Below are positions 30,804 to 41,600 of a stretch of 64,000 nt of DNA, in pieces (within the stretch, counting starts at the first letter, position 1; every line of letters begins with the position of its first letter). The translations under genes were made by a program, and so were the position numbers. Source of the stretch: Cyanobacteriota bacterium (GTDB taxonomy: Bacteria > Cyanobacteriota > Cyanobacteriia > PCC-6307 > Cyanobiaceae); the NCBI GenBank assembly GCA_046340755.1, contig JBKDSY010000065.1:3633-67632 (forward strand), written 5' to 3'. The notes beneath the pieces were generated by a model. That model ran no database searches. It was not told where the DNA came from and worked only from the letters and a program-made list of their open reading frames with translations.

Positions 30804-31034
30804 TCAGCCTTTGCTGTTGGAGGCCTGGCGCCGGCAATCAAGCACCGCCAAATAGAGCGCCTCCGGCACCTCCCGGATGTCATATTCCGAAGGCAACACC
30901 CCATGCACATGGCGGTGAACCGCCATCCAGCAGTTGCGTTCCGCGTCCGAACCCGTCTGGTCGAACGCTCGGGAGGCCTCCGCCAGCTGTCGCACCAGGG
31001 TCAGGTCTGTGGGATCGGTGGACGGATGGGACAT
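30804..31034 (-). CDS. Small conserved picocyanobacterial hypothetical protein (76 aa)
   Basis: WMAVHRHVHGVLPSEYDIREV motif recalled from Prochlorococcus/Synechococcus small proteins. Confidence 0.55.
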   Translation of the reverse strand: MSHPSTDPTDLTLVRQLAEASRAFDQTGSDAERNCWMAVHRHVHGVLPSEYDIREVPEALYLAVLDCRRQASNSKG

Positions 31035-31090
31035 GGCCGGGGCGTTGCGCGCAACGAAGCACTGGGGGCCATCATGGCGAGGGCCCAGGG

Positions 31091-31876
31091 TCAGCTCCCC
31101 TTGCCGTAGGCCACCTGACAGACGGCATTCAACAACTGGGCCTGGGCCGCGGTGGCGGGCACCTGGCCGTTGAGCAGACCCGCCTGGCAATTGGCCGCCC
31201 CCATTAGGTTGGCACCATCGCCAAGATTGTAGGCAAAGCTCACGCCATACTGGCCCACCGCTTCCACCGAGCCATAGTTGAGCTGATAGCTGCTCCCGGG
31301 CACCACGATCACCGTTTGCTGGCGATCGGCGGCGCTATTCACCAGGCTGGTGATCGCCGCCCCTGTGGCCAATCCGGCCGCTAGCCCCCAGCCCGCGCTA
31401 TTCCAACCCCACCAACCCCAGGTGGATGGTGTCCAGCCATACCAACCGGCATTCCAAGGACGGTTGTTCCAATATCCTCCCCTCGCCCAGTTGGAATTCC
31501 AACCGTTGACATTGCGATTGTAGAAGTTGTTGTTGACATTGACGTTCTTTTCAAAAGTATCGTTATCAAAACTCCGATTCGTGCGCCATTGATCATCGTT
31601 CCGGGGTCCCGGCTCCTGCCAGGCCGGGCGGCTGTCGGGCCCGTAATGGGGGTGGTAGCCCTGATAGCCCCGCTGCCAATCCTCCATGGGTCGGCGGCCG
31701 TCATAGCCCGCACCACCAAAGTGGTAGCCCCCAAATCCTCCGCCGTCGCCGCCAAGGCGCACGCCTCCGCCTCCAAAGCCGCCCCTGGGAAAGGCCAAGG
31801 CCGGGCCGAGGCCTGGGACGAGACCGAGCAGGGTTAGGCAGGCCGCAAGCAGGGGCTTGGCACAGTGTCTTGGCAT
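31091..31876 (-). CDS. Secreted Gly/Asn/Trp-rich low-complexity protein
   Basis: Signal peptide, GGFGGGG, NVNVNNNFYNRNVNGWN, WGWWGW, C-terminal domain with two Cys. Confidence 0.7.
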   Translation of the reverse strand: MPRHCAKPLLAACLTLLGLVPGLGPALAFPRGGFGGGGVRLGGDGGGFGGYHFGGAGYDGRRPMEDWQRGYQGYHPHYGPDSRPAWQEPGPRNDDQWRTNRSFDNDTFEKNVNVNNNFYNRNVNGWNSNWARGGYWNNRPWNAGWYGWTPSTWGWWGWNSAGWGLAAGLATGAAITSLVNSAADRQQTVIVVPGSSYQLNYGSVEAVGQYGVSFAYNLGDGANLMGAANCQAGLLNGQVPATAAQAQLLNAVCQVAYGKGS

Positions 31877-32140
31877 GGTCAAGCAGGGGGGAGACCGCAC
31901 CATCCTCCACCGTCCAGCGCTGGGGAATGGAGGGGAGTGCAGCAGATGCACCATCGCGAAACAAGCCTTTCAGCGGCGGCGGCCCCGCCAAACCCTCGCG
32001 AAGGACTGCGATCCTCCATGGAAGGTTGACGATCGTGATGTTGGCTAGCTGGCTGGAGAACACCACGACAACGTCTTAACCGCCACACCAGGGAAGGAAA
32101 AATTCAAGAATCGTGCTATGAAAAATGCAAAAAATTTTTT

Positions 32141-33370
32141 ATGGGCCACTCATCCTTGCTTGGGTCTCTCCTGGCCGCCTCTGTCCTCACACTTCCACTG
32201 GATGCACGAGCACAGATCTCCCAATCCGTGAATGCACCAGCCCCCTCCCAGCTTGTGCCACAAGACCATACCCACCGCACCATCTCTGGACTGTTTTCCG
32301 GGATGCCCTGGATCGCCAACAATTTGATTGTTGGCACCACGTCCACTGCCACCCAAGCGGGGGGTGGAAACCCGATTTTCAATCCAACCATGCCCGCCTA
32401 CTCGGGGGTGGCCACACTCTTGATTACGAAGGGATCCCAAGGCAGCTTCATCTGCTCGGGATCCCTTCTGGATGATCGCCGCTCGATCCTCACCGCAGCC
32501 CATTGCATCAGCGACAATCTGGGCAATCTGAATGCCACAGCGGCCTCGGCCTATTTCTATGACGGCAGCCTGGCCCCCCCTTACGACCCAGACACCGTTG
32601 TTTGGAGCAGCCCAGCAGCAACAGCCGTCACCGTCTCCAACTATTTCATTGCCCCTGGCTACTCAGGCGCAGTGATTGAAAACGACGATGTTGCCGTCCT
32701 TCGCCTGTCGACCGAGGCCCCTTCTTTTGCTACAAGTTATGGGCTTTATCAAAATAACTTAATGTCGACAGATTTCAATGTTGCCGGCTATGGTCAGCGT
32801 TCAGATGTGGGTGGAAATGTGGGCGCCAACCTGTCCTCCGGACGCCTGCGCCAAGGGGACAATCGTTATGAATTTCAGTGGAGCGACCCAAATTTTAATG
32901 GCGCCTTTACGACCGATCCTGATTTCATTAGTGGCGCCAATACATGGGCGGCCGATTTCGACAACGGCCTGGCCGCCAATGATGCTGGTTGCAAGATTGC
33001 TGTGGCTGTCAATCCTTCCCTTGCCAACAATCCCTCCTACTGCAACCTGGGCGTTGGCGCCAAAGAAGCGGCGATCGCCAGCGGAGACTCCGGCAGCCCC
33101 GCATTTGTGAACGGTGTTATTGCCTCCGTCAGCTCCTATGCCCTTTCCTTTGGCCCAACCTATGGAGACATCAATAGCAGCCTCAATGTTTCCTTCGGAG
33201 AATTTTCCGGCTACGTTCCGGTGTCGTCCCATTTGACCTTCATCGAGTCAGTGAAGGTGCCCGGGCCCCTTCCCATCGCTGGCACCGCCGCGATGCTCGG
33301 CTGGAGCCGGAAACTCCGCCAACTCCGCCGGCGCATTGCCGCCACCAACCGTTCCCAGCCCGGCGCCTGA
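32141..33370 (+). CDS. Trypsin-like serine protease with a PEP-CTERM-like sorting tail
   Basis: ILTAAHC, DDVAVLRL, GDSGSP triad motifs; tail VPGPLPIAGTAAMLGWSRKLR. Confidence 0.9.
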   Translation: MGHSSLLGSLLAASVLTLPLDARAQISQSVNAPAPSQLVPQDHTHRTISGLFSGMPWIANNLIVGTTSTATQAGGGNPIFNPTMPAYSGVATLLITKGSQGSFICSGSLLDDRRSILTAAHCISDNLGNLNATAASAYFYDGSLAPPYDPDTVVWSSPAATAVTVSNYFIAPGYSGAVIENDDVAVLRLSTEAPSFATSYGLYQNNLMSTDFNVAGYGQRSDVGGNVGANLSSGRLRQGDNRYEFQWSDPNFNGAFTTDPDFISGANTWAADFDNGLAANDAGCKIAVAVNPSLANNPSYCNLGVGAKEAAIASGDSGSPAFVNGVIASVSSYALSFGPTYGDINSSLNVSFGEFSGYVPVSSHLTFIESVKVPGPLPIAGTAAMLGWSRKLRQLRRRIAATNRSQPGA

Positions 33371-33589
33371 AGCCCGTTCACCATTGCGACGGATGGGACC
33401 TGTCTCCACCACTTCAGCGGCGGCCAGCTCTCCTTGGCCGGTCTGCCCTCCCCCGGGGTACGGCCCTTCCCACCCCGGGGGTGCCACCTGGTCGGTCCGG
33501 TTCGGTCCTCCCACTGCTCGGCCGATGGCGGTTTGCATACGCTCCCAAGTGACAAGCCACTCCGTCCAAGCCTCCGGAGGCTCCCCACC

Positions 33590-36220
33590 ATGCATCCCAC
33601 CGCCGAACTGTTCACCGAGAAGGCCTGGGCCGCCGTCGTTGCCGCCCAGCAACTGGCCCAGCAAAAGCGGCAACAGCAAATGGAGAGCGAGCATCTCTTT
33701 GCCGCCCTCCTCACCGAGGAGGGCCTGGCCAGCCGCATCCTGGAGAAGGCCGGTGTTGACCTGGGCAGCCTGAACCAGAAAATCAATGCCTACATCGCCA
33801 GCCAGCCCAGCCTGAGCACGGCCCCAGACAACGTCTATCTGGGGAAGGGTCTCAACGCCGTGCTCGATCAAGCCGACGCCCTGAAGAAGAGCTTTGACGA
33901 CAGCTACATCGCCATCGAGCACCTGCTGCTGGCCCTTGCCATCGACGATCGCTGCGGCAAGCAACTCCTCAGCCAGTGCGGTTGCAATGCCGATAAGCTC
34001 AAACAGGCCGTGGTCGCCGTGAGAGGCAATCAAAAAGTGACCGATCAAAATCCCGAAGGCACCTACGAATCCCTGGAGAAGTATGGCCGCGACCTCACCG
34101 CCGCCGCCCGGGACGGCAAGTTGGATCCGGTGATTGGCCGGGATGAGGAAATCCGCCGCACGATTCAAATCCTGAGCCGTCGCACGAAAAACAACCCCGT
34201 GTTGATCGGCGAGCCCGGTGTGGGCAAGACAGCCATTGTCGAGGGGCTGGCCCAGCGGATCGTCAACGGTGACGTGCCCGCCGCCCTGCAAAACCGCCAG
34301 CTGATCGCCCTCGACATGGGGGCCCTGATCGCTGGCGCCAAATACCGGGGTGAATTCGAGGAGCGGCTGAAGGCTGTGCTGAAGGAGGTCACCGCCTCGG
34401 AAGGGCAAATCGTGCTCTTCATTGATGAGATTCACACCGTGGTGGGAGCTGGCGCCACGGGCGGGGCCATGGATGCCAGCAACCTGCTCAAGCCCATGCT
34501 CGCCCGGGGCGAGCTGCGCTGCATTGGGGCCACCACCCTCGACGAACACCGTCAACACATTGAAAAGGATCCCGCCCTGGAGCGCCGCTTCCAGCAGGTG
34601 TTTGTCGACCAGCCCACGGTGGAAGACACGATCTCGATCCTGCGCGGCCTGAAGGAGCGCTACGAGGTGCACCATGGCGTGCGCATCGCCGATAACGCGA
34701 TCGTTGCCTCGGCGGTGCTCTCCAGCCGCTACATCGCCGATCGCTTCCTGCCCGACAAAGCCATCGACCTGATGGACGAAGCAGCGGCGCGGTTGAAGAT
34801 GGAGATCACCTCCAAGCCAGAGGAGATCGACGAGCTGGATCGGCGCATCCTGCAACTGGAGATGGAAAAACTCTCCTTGGGGCGCGAATCCGATGTGGCC
34901 AGCAAAGACCGACTGGAGCGGTTGGAGAAGGAACTGGCCGAGCTGGGTGAACAGCAGAGTTCCCTCAACGCCCAGTGGCAAAAGGAAAAGGGCGCCATCG
35001 ACGAGCTGGGCGCGATCAAGGAGGAGATCGAGCAGGTGCAACTGCAGATTGAACAGGCCAAGCGCAGCTACGACCTCAACAAGGCCGCAGAATTGGAATA
35101 CGGCACCCTGGGCGTCCTCAACCGCAAGCTGGCGGCCAAGGAAGCGGAACTCAACAGCGGTCAGGGAGGCAAAACCCTGCTGCGGGAGGAGGTCACCGAG
35201 GATGACATCGCCGAGGTGATCGCCAAGTGGACGGGTATTCCCGTGAGCAAGCTGGTGCAAAGCGAGATGGAGAAACTGCTCCATCTCGAAGATGAACTCC
35301 ACACCCGCGTGATTGGCCAGCAACAGGCCGTCACGGCCGTAGCCGATGCGATCCAGCGCTCCCGGGCTGGTCTGAGCGATCCCAACCGCCCCATTGCCAG
35401 CTTCCTGTTCCTCGGCCCCACAGGTGTGGGCAAGACAGAGTTGAGCAAGGCACTGGCCTCTCAACTCTTCGATTCCGAGGAGGCGATGGTGCGGATCGAC
35501 ATGAGCGAATACATGGAGAAGCACGCCGTCAGTCGTCTGATCGGGGCTCCTCCGGGCTACGTGGGCTACGAAGAAGGCGGCCAGCTGACGGAGGCTGTGC
35601 GGCGGCGCCCCTACGCGGTGATCCTCTTTGACGAGGTGGAGAAGGCCCACCCCGATGTGTTCAACGTCATGCTCCAGATCCTCGATGACGGCCGCGTCAC
35701 CGATGGCCAGGGCCGCACGGTGGATTTCACCAACACGGTGCTCATCCTCACCAGCAACATCGGCAGTGCATCCATTCTGGATCTGGCCGGTGATCCAGGC
35801 CGCCACGCCGAGATGGAGAAGAGGGTGAACGAGGCCCTCCGTGCCCACTTCCGGCCGGAATTCCTCAACCGCCTCGATGAATCGATCATCTTCCACAGCC
35901 TCAAGGCCGAGGAGCTGCGCCAGATCGTGGAGCTCCAAGTGAAGCGGTTGACCAAGCGGCTGGAAGACCGGAAGCTGGGCCTGCAGCTCAATGGCGAAGC
36001 CCTCGACTGGCTGGCTGGAGTGGGCTACGACCCGGTCTACGGCGCCCGCCCCCTCAAGCGGGCCATCCAACGGGAGCTGGAAACACCCATCGCCAAGGCG
36101 ATCCTCTCGGGCACCTTCCCACCCGGCGCAACGATCGCGGTGGACGTTGAACACGAGCGGCTGCGCTTCCAACAGGCCCCTGTCGCCAACCTGACCGGTC
36201 CCCTGCCGGTGACGGTGTAA
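33590..36220 (+). CDS. clpB: ATP-dependent chaperone ClpB
   Basis: [37 protein letters not shown]; coiled-coil middle domain. Confidence 0.98.
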   Translation: MHPTAELFTEKAWAAVVAAQQLAQQKRQQQMESEHLFAALLTEEGLASRILEKAGVDLGSLNQKINAYIASQPSLSTAPDNVYLGKGLNAVLDQADALKKSFDDSYIAIEHLLLALAIDDRCGKQLLSQCGCNADKLKQAVVAVRGNQKVTDQNPEGTYESLEKYGRDLTAAARDGKLDPVIGRDEEIRRTIQILSRRTKNNPVLIGEPGVGKTAIVEGLAQRIVNGDVPAALQNRQLIALDMGALIAGAKYRGEFEERLKAVLKEVTASEGQIVLFIDEIHTVVGAGATGGAMDASNLLKPMLARGELRCIGATTLDEHRQHIEKDPALERRFQQVFVDQPTVEDTISILRGLKERYEVHHGVRIADNAIVASAVLSSRYIADRFLPDKAIDLMDEAAARLKMEITSKPEEIDELDRRILQLEMEKLSLGRESDVASKDRLERLEKELAELGEQQSSLNAQWQKEKGAIDELGAIKEEIEQVQLQIEQAKRSYDLNKAAELEYGTLGVLNRKLAAKEAELNSGQGGKTLLREEVTEDDIAEVIAKWTGIPVSKLVQSEMEKLLHLEDELHTRVIGQQQAVTAVADAIQRSRAGLSDPNRPIASFLFLGPTGVGKTELSKALASQLFDSEEAMVRIDMSEYMEKHAVSRLIGAPPGYVGYEEGGQLTEAVRRRPYAVILFDEVEKAHPDVFNVMLQILDDGRVTDGQGRTVDFTNTVLILTSNIGSASILDLAGDPGRHAEMEKRVNEALRAHFRPEFLNRLDESIIFHSLKAEELRQIVELQVKRLTKRLEDRKLGLQLNGEALDWLAGVGYDPVYGARPLKRAIQRELETPIAKAILSGTFPPGATIAVDVEHERLRFQQAPVANLTGPLPVTV

Positions 36221-36265
36221 CGCTCTGCGTGCAGTGGAGGGGAGGAGCTTCCCCTCCCCATCAGC

Positions 36266-36943
36266 ATGAAGACAGTTGCTGTGGAAGGAGAAAAGTCGAT
36301 GAATGCTCCAAAGGCAAGCCCTCGGGCGGTGATGGCCCCCTGGTGGGCTGCGACCGCCGCTGCCCTGCTGCTCTGCCCCGTGGCTCCGGCCTCCGCTGGC
36401 GTCGCCGACCTTGCGCAAGGCAGCGGTCCCCCCATGGGCATGGGGTATGGCCCGGGGGCCAGGGGCCAGCGCTCCGCCGATGCTCACTTGATCGTGATGA
36501 TGATTCCCCATCACGACGGCGCCATTGCCATGGCGGAGCTGGCCCTGACCCGAGCCCGCCATGGCGAGATCAAGGCCCTGGCGGAGCGGATCAAGACGAG
36601 CCAGTCGCAGGAGAATGCCCTGATGCGCCGGTGGTATAGCGAATGGTTTGGCGGCTCGGTGCCGCCATGGCCGGGGGGCGACCATGGCATGGGCAGGATG
36701 GGCATGCTCGGCATGGGCACAAGCCTGCAGGCCCTGAGGGAGGCGCCGGATTTTGATCGGGCCTTCCTCGAGCAGATGATCGCCCACCACCGCATGGGCG
36801 TGATGATGGCCTCCCACGCCCAGTGGGGCACGGTGCATGCCGAGTTGCAGGAGCTGGAGGCGGCGATGGTGCGGGTGCAGAGCCAGGAGATCGGGCAGAT
36901 GGAGCGCTGGTATCAGCAGTGGTATGGCGGCCGAGCCAGCTGA
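36266..36943 (+). CDS. DUF305-domain ferritin-like secreted protein
   Basis: MMIPHHDGAIAMA, QMIAHHRMGVMMA, QSQEIGQM. Confidence 0.85.
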   Translation: MKTVAVEGEKSMNAPKASPRAVMAPWWAATAAALLLCPVAPASAGVADLAQGSGPPMGMGYGPGARGQRSADAHLIVMMIPHHDGAIAMAELALTRARHGEIKALAERIKTSQSQENALMRRWYSEWFGGSVPPWPGGDHGMGRMGMLGMGTSLQALREAPDFDRAFLEQMIAHHRMGVMMASHAQWGTVHAELQELEAAMVRVQSQEIGQMERWYQQWYGGRAS

Positions 36944-37004
36944 AGGGAAGGAGGTGACAGGGGAGGGAGCGGAACGGGCGGCCAGCCATCGAGGGGATTC
37001 GTGC

Positions 37005-37020
37005 TAGTACATGTGAACCC
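37005..37020 (+). promoter_or_regulatory. Possible LexA-box-like site
   Basis: TAGTACATGTGAACCC: one perfect TAGTACA half-site and a degenerate second half, 12 nt before the 37033 ATG. Confidence 0.35.
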
Positions 37021-37032
37021 CATCCCCGGCCC

Positions 37033-37317
37033 ATGGCTCCCCCCACTCCCCGCGGCGCGTCACCCAGCGCCAGCCCCCTCGAGGCGATCGAGGAATGGCC
37101 CTATCTCGATCAAGAGGTGCTGCGGGCCAGCCGCAGCCGGCAGGTGTGCCTCACCTGCCACTGGTTTCGCCACCACGCCGGCCCCAACTGCGTGCCCCTG
37201 CTCACCTGCCAGCTCCACCAGGGCCTGATCGCCCATGGGGAGCACATCACCCATCGCTGCGGCCACTGGACGGAAGACCAGATCCGCCAGCGGGGCTGGG
37301 CGCCGGAGGTGGCCTGA
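37033..37317 (+). CDS. Small Cys/His-rich conserved picocyanobacterial protein (putative metal binding)
   Basis: VCLTCHWFRH, LLTCQLHQG, HRCGHW. Confidence 0.7.
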   Translation: MAPPTPRGASPSASPLEAIEEWPYLDQEVLRASRSRQVCLTCHWFRHHAGPNCVPLLTCQLHQGLIAHGEHITHRCGHWTEDQIRQRGWAPEVA

Positions 37318-37601
37318 AGGAGCCCGGGGCCAGGAGAGGGCTTCGCCCCACACCGCCGCGGGAGGCCTGGATCAGTGATGGCCGCCTGGTGATGCACTTC
37401 CGCCCCGCCCGCTGGGACCAATGGAGTCAAATGCTGGAGGTGACGAGCGGCGAGTGGCTGCCCGACCAGGCGGAACCGCTGCTCAAGCACCGCCGGCAAC
37501 TCAGCCGGGAACAAGCCCTCGAGCTCTGGCTTGGTTTGCGGCAGGACGGTTGGGCAGCCTGTCCGCCCCAATGGCGGCCGCCACCAGCCCCTGGCAGGTG
37601 A
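37314..37601 (+). CDS. DUF1651-domain protein (start uncertain, CTG overlapping the upstream stop)
   Basis: AWISDGRLVMHF, PLLKHRRQLSREQALELW, GWAACPPQW. Confidence 0.7.
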   Translation: MKEPGARRGLRPTPPREAWISDGRLVMHFRPARWDQWSQMLEVTSGEWLPDQAEPLLKHRRQLSREQALELWLGLRQDGWAACPPQWRPPPAPGR

Positions 37602-38431
37602 GTCAAGGAGTGAACCTTTCACCACATCTGAGACCAGAGCTCAGACGGCCGGGGGACAGATCGTTGCAAACGACCCTTCCGCACTCGGATGGCGACTAGG
37701 GCGGGCCAGAAGCTTTGCCGCATGCTGGGGCCTCTCACTCAAATCAGCGGCTCTGATTCCAAGAACACGACACGCGGATCGAACGATGAGAATGCGAAAG
37801 CCGGAGCCATCCGCCTGAGACCAGGCCTGCTGAAACCCATCAACAAACAGGCCCCGCTTGGACACGCAGATGGTGCGGCACTGATTCGAGGCAGGGCCCT
37901 ACACAGAACCTCCAACCACCACCTGATTCGGAGCCTGAAATAGGATCTGAGTTATGTCGGCGCAGCTGCCCGCTGAATCGTTCGGTTGGCACCTGGCAAC
38001 AGCCGTAAGCCTAGCTCTTCACACTGCAACGGGAATGAGGTCATCGCGGGATTCGATTGGCCGAGGCAGAGCCTTCCAGGGGATAAGCACCTCCACCTTA
38101 GTGAAGTCACACCCAGGACGAGCATACCCATGCCCCTGGACTGCCCGTGATCACCAGCCCAAGACTTTTGGAGGCCCTGGAAGACCAAAATCACCAACGA
38201 TAACCACATCATTCCTGCGTGAATTGACCAAGTCTTCCAGAATTCAGCTAGCGCAGAACCAATCATTCATGCCAGCAAATCCCAGAAATCCCCGCAATCC
38301 AAGCGAAGAAAGAGACAAGGTTCTGCAGCAAGCAAGTGTCGATCACAACAGCATGTAACACAAGCCCACAGGCATTCCCATTGTCCGTGACAGCTGGATA
38401 AGATGGATTTAAAGTTAAACTACCCCAACCA

Positions 38432-41400
38432 ATGCAGCTTTTTGACACCATCAATGGTGAGCCCTTTCTCTGGGAAAGCGACGTATTTTTGCCTGCAACT
38501 ACTCCGACAACCTATCGCCTACAGCTCCTCCACTATTCCGATTCAGAGGCTGGATTTCTGGCCCCCCAGACCGCTCCATACTTGGCAGCACTTGTTGATG
38601 GCTTTGATGACACATTTTCTAATACCATTATTCTAGCGGGTGGAGACAACTACATTGCCAGCCCCTTTCTCAACGGTGGAACTGACCTCAGCGTGCGTGA
38701 TGAGCTGAATGCCGTCACGGGATCCAGCATCAATCTCGATGTCAGCACGAATCATCCAATTGCGGCTGTCGATATTGCCATCCACAGCGTAATTGGCGTT
38801 GAAGCGTCAACGATTGGCAACCATGAGTTTGACCTGGGCACCAGAATCTTCCGGGATGCGTTTACTCCTGGTTCAGTGACGGGCTGGGTTGGCGCTCAAT
38901 TCCCCTACCTGTCAGCCAATCTCGATTTCAGCGGTGATGTCGACTTGAAGACACGATTCAACGATACCACAGCCATGCCAGGGCTGGAAGAAGCGTCGAC
39001 ATTGAAGGGAAAGATCGTGCCCTCCGCTGTGGTCACCGAAGGTGGAGAAAAGATCGGCCTTGTGGGAGCCACCACCCAACTCTTGGAGCAGATCGGCTCC
39101 ACCGGAGGTGTGGAAGTGAAGGGCTTCGAGGGTGATGGTGCGGAACGTGACGACATGGCGCTGCTGGCCAGCCAACTGCAGCCCGTGATCGACGATCTGA
39201 TCAGCCAGGGGGTGAACAAGGTGATCCTGATGGCTCACCTTCAGCTCATCACCAACGAAATCGCTCTGGCCTCCTTGTTGCGTGGGGTGGACATCATCCT
39301 TTCCGCAGGCTCCCATACCCGTCTGGGAGATGAAAACGATCAAGCCGTCGCCTTTCCCAGCCATGCCGCCGACTTTGCCGACACCTATCCCCTATTGACC
39401 ACCGGCGCTGATGGTGGTACCACCTTGATCGTAAACACGGACAACGAATACACCTACCTGGGTCGCCTGGTGGTGGATTTCGATGATCAGGGTCGAATCA
39501 TTACGGAACTCCTTGATCCCAACCTGAATGGCGCTTATGCGGCCACGGCTGCGACCGTGGCGCAGGTGTGGAATGTCAGCGAGTCAGACTTATCCACCAC
39601 CGCCTTTGCAGAAGGCAGCAAAGGCGACAACGTCCAAACCCTCACCGAAGCGGTGCAGGCAGTGGTCAACAGCAAGGACGGTCAGATATGGGGTTATGGA
39701 AGCGTTTATCTGGAGGGGGAAAGGTCGATCATGCGTAGCCAGGAAACCAACCTCGGTAACCTGACGGCTGATGCCAATCTCGCCTACGCAAAAAGCATTG
39801 ACCCGACTGTGGTTCTGTCGCTGAAAAATGGTGGAGGCATCCGTTCCCAGATCGGGTCCATTGATCCCTTGACAGGAGAAAAGAAACCGACAGCTGCCAA
39901 TCCCTCCGCAGATAAACCCGAAGGCGGGATCTCCACCCTCGATATCGAATACTCCCTGCGCTTCAACAACAGCCTCTCTCTGGTCACAGTGACCGCCAGT
40001 CAGTTGAAAGCGATGCTGGAACATGGAGTCTCCAGCTATCCCAATCAGGGCCGCTTTCCGCAGGTGTCCGGGATGGCGTTCAGCTTTGATCCCAGCCGCC
40101 CGGAAGGAAGTCGAATTGTCAATCTGACAATTGAAGACGCGAGCGGCAAGGATCTCGATGTGATCGTGCGCAATGGAGACCTTTACGGCGATCCAAACCG
40201 CACCTTCCGCATGGTGACCCTGTACTTCATCGCCGGTGGAGGGGATGGTTATCCAACGCCAACCGATCCCGCCGCCAACCGAGTCGATCTCTACAACCCT
40301 GATGCGCCCCGCACTGGTGCGGCCACCTTCTCAGGAGATGGCACCGAGCAGGACGTGCTTGCGGAATACCTGGCCGCCACCCATGGCACCCTGGAAACGG
40401 CCTACGGCGAAGCCGACACACCGTCTAGCCATGATCAGCGCATGCAAAATCTTGGAGTACGCAGCGATAGCGTGGTTGATGGGGCAAGCCTGTCGCTGAG
40501 CCCGCTGGCGGCCGACAAGACGGAAGGCAACATCGGTTCCACCCCGTTCACCTTCACCATCCATCGCGCAGGCGATCCCACCGTTCCTGTCAGCGTCTCC
40601 TGGGCCGTCAGTCCCGTTGGCAGCAACCCTGTCAACGCTCTCGACTTCGCCGGTGGAACCTTGCCCACGGGAACCGTGATCCTCGCGGCAGGGCAGACCA
40701 GCCAACAGATCACGGTGGATGTGGTTGGTGACAACACTCTGGAGAACGACGAAACATTTTCCGTTTCTCTATCCGACCCCATCGGCGCTGTTCTGGAGAT
40801 TGGAGCCTCCAGCGCCATTGGTCACATCCTGAACGATGATGTCAGCGCTCCACCCTCCTATACCTTCAACACAAGCGCGACCACTGTGGAGGAAGGTGGC
40901 GTCCTGATCATCGGTGCCGCCACGAATGCGACTCCAGGATCTGAGATCTTCTGGCAGTTCAGCGGGGCAGGGATCATGTCATCTGATTTCAGCAATAGCC
41001 TCCTCAGCGGCTCAAGCCTGATCGGGCTCGATGGCCGTGCAAGCTTTGGCACCACCATCGCGGCGGATGGTGTCATTGATCCCAATGAAACCCTTGAGCT
41101 GCGGTTTTACACCGATGCCGCCCGCACCCAGCAAGTGGGGAGCACCCTCACGGTGACCATCAAAGAACCCAGCGTGGGAATTGTCACCGACGGAAGTGAC
41201 ATCATCACCGGCACCAACACTGCGGAAGTCCTGATTGGCGTGCCAACGGGCTCCACCCTTCGTGGCAGTGGCTCTCTCGATCAACTCACCGGCGGAGGCG
41301 GCGATGATCTCTTCGTCCTGGGCGATGCCCTGGGACGCTTCTACGACGATGGCACGTCAGGTCTGGGCACCACGGATTTGGCACTCATCACCGATTTTAC

Positions 41401-41590
41401 GGCCGGGGACAGGATCCAACTGCATGGCAGCAGTGCCGATTACGTTCTGGTCAGCGCGCGTCACAACCGAATTCCGGGTGTGCGCATTGATGCGGTGACA
41501 CTTGGCTCACCAGAAACGATTGGCTTTGTTCATGGGGCAACTCTGTCCAGCTTGAATCTGGCCAATGCTGCTCAATTCACTTTTATCTGA
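38432..41590 (+). CDS. Large 5'-nucleotidase/atypical alkaline phosphatase with a Calx-beta domain and RTX-like tail
   Basis: LQLLHYSDSE, GGDNY, GNHEFD, NGGGIR, GGGDGY; Calx-beta TEGNIGSTPFTFTI...VVGDNTLENDETF; DQLTGGGGDDLFVLG...ITDF. Confidence 0.85.
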   Translation: MQLFDTINGEPFLWESDVFLPATTPTTYRLQLLHYSDSEAGFLAPQTAPYLAALVDGFDDTFSNTIILAGGDNYIASPFLNGGTDLSVRDELNAVTGSSINLDVSTNHPIAAVDIAIHSVIGVEASTIGNHEFDLGTRIFRDAFTPGSVTGWVGAQFPYLSANLDFSGDVDLKTRFNDTTAMPGLEEASTLKGKIVPSAVVTEGGEKIGLVGATTQLLEQIGSTGGVEVKGFEGDGAERDDMALLASQLQPVIDDLISQGVNKVILMAHLQLITNEIALASLLRGVDIILSAGSHTRLGDENDQAVAFPSHAADFADTYPLLTTGADGGTTLIVNTDNEYTYLGRLVVDFDDQGRIITELLDPNLNGAYAATAATVAQVWNVSESDLSTTAFAEGSKGDNVQTLTEAVQAVVNSKDGQIWGYGSVYLEGERSIMRSQETNLGNLTADANLAYAKSIDPTVVLSLKNGGGIRSQIGSIDPLTGEKKPTAANPSADKPEGGISTLDIEYSLRFNNSLSLVTVTASQLKAMLEHGVSSYPNQGRFPQVSGMAFSFDPSRPEGSRIVNLTIEDASGKDLDVIVRNGDLYGDPNRTFRMVTLYFIAGGGDGYPTPTDPAANRVDLYNPDAPRTGAATFSGDGTEQDVLAEYLAATHGTLETAYGEADTPSSHDQRMQNLGVRSDSVVDGASLSLSPLAADKTEGNIGSTPFTFTIHRAGDPTVPVSVSWAVSPVGSNPVNALDFAGGTLPTGTVILAAGQTSQQITVDVVGDNTLENDETFSVSLSDPIGAVLEIGASSAIGHILNDDVSAPPSYTFNTSATTVEEGGVLIIGAATNATPGSEIFWQFSGAGIMSSDFSNSLLSGSSLIGLDGRASFGTTIAADGVIDPNETLELRFYTDAARTQQVGSTLTVTIKEPSVGIVTDGSDIITGTNTAEVLIGVPTGSTLRGSGSLDQLTGGGGDDLFVLGDALGRFYDDGTSGLGTTDLALITDFTAGDRIQLHGSSADYVLVSARHNRIPGVRIDAVTLGSPETIGFVHGATLSSLNLANAAQFTFI

Positions 41591-41600
41591 TTGATTCATC

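Noticed and set aside
33248-36838. 1196-aa minus-strand ORF
   Set aside because: Antisense shadow of clpB caused by GC-rich codon bias; no recognisable motifs.
37602-38431. Genes or an ncRNA in the lower-GC spacer (track ORFs 37954-38358, 37952-38266)
   Set aside because: No family motifs, repeats or convincing structure could be supported.
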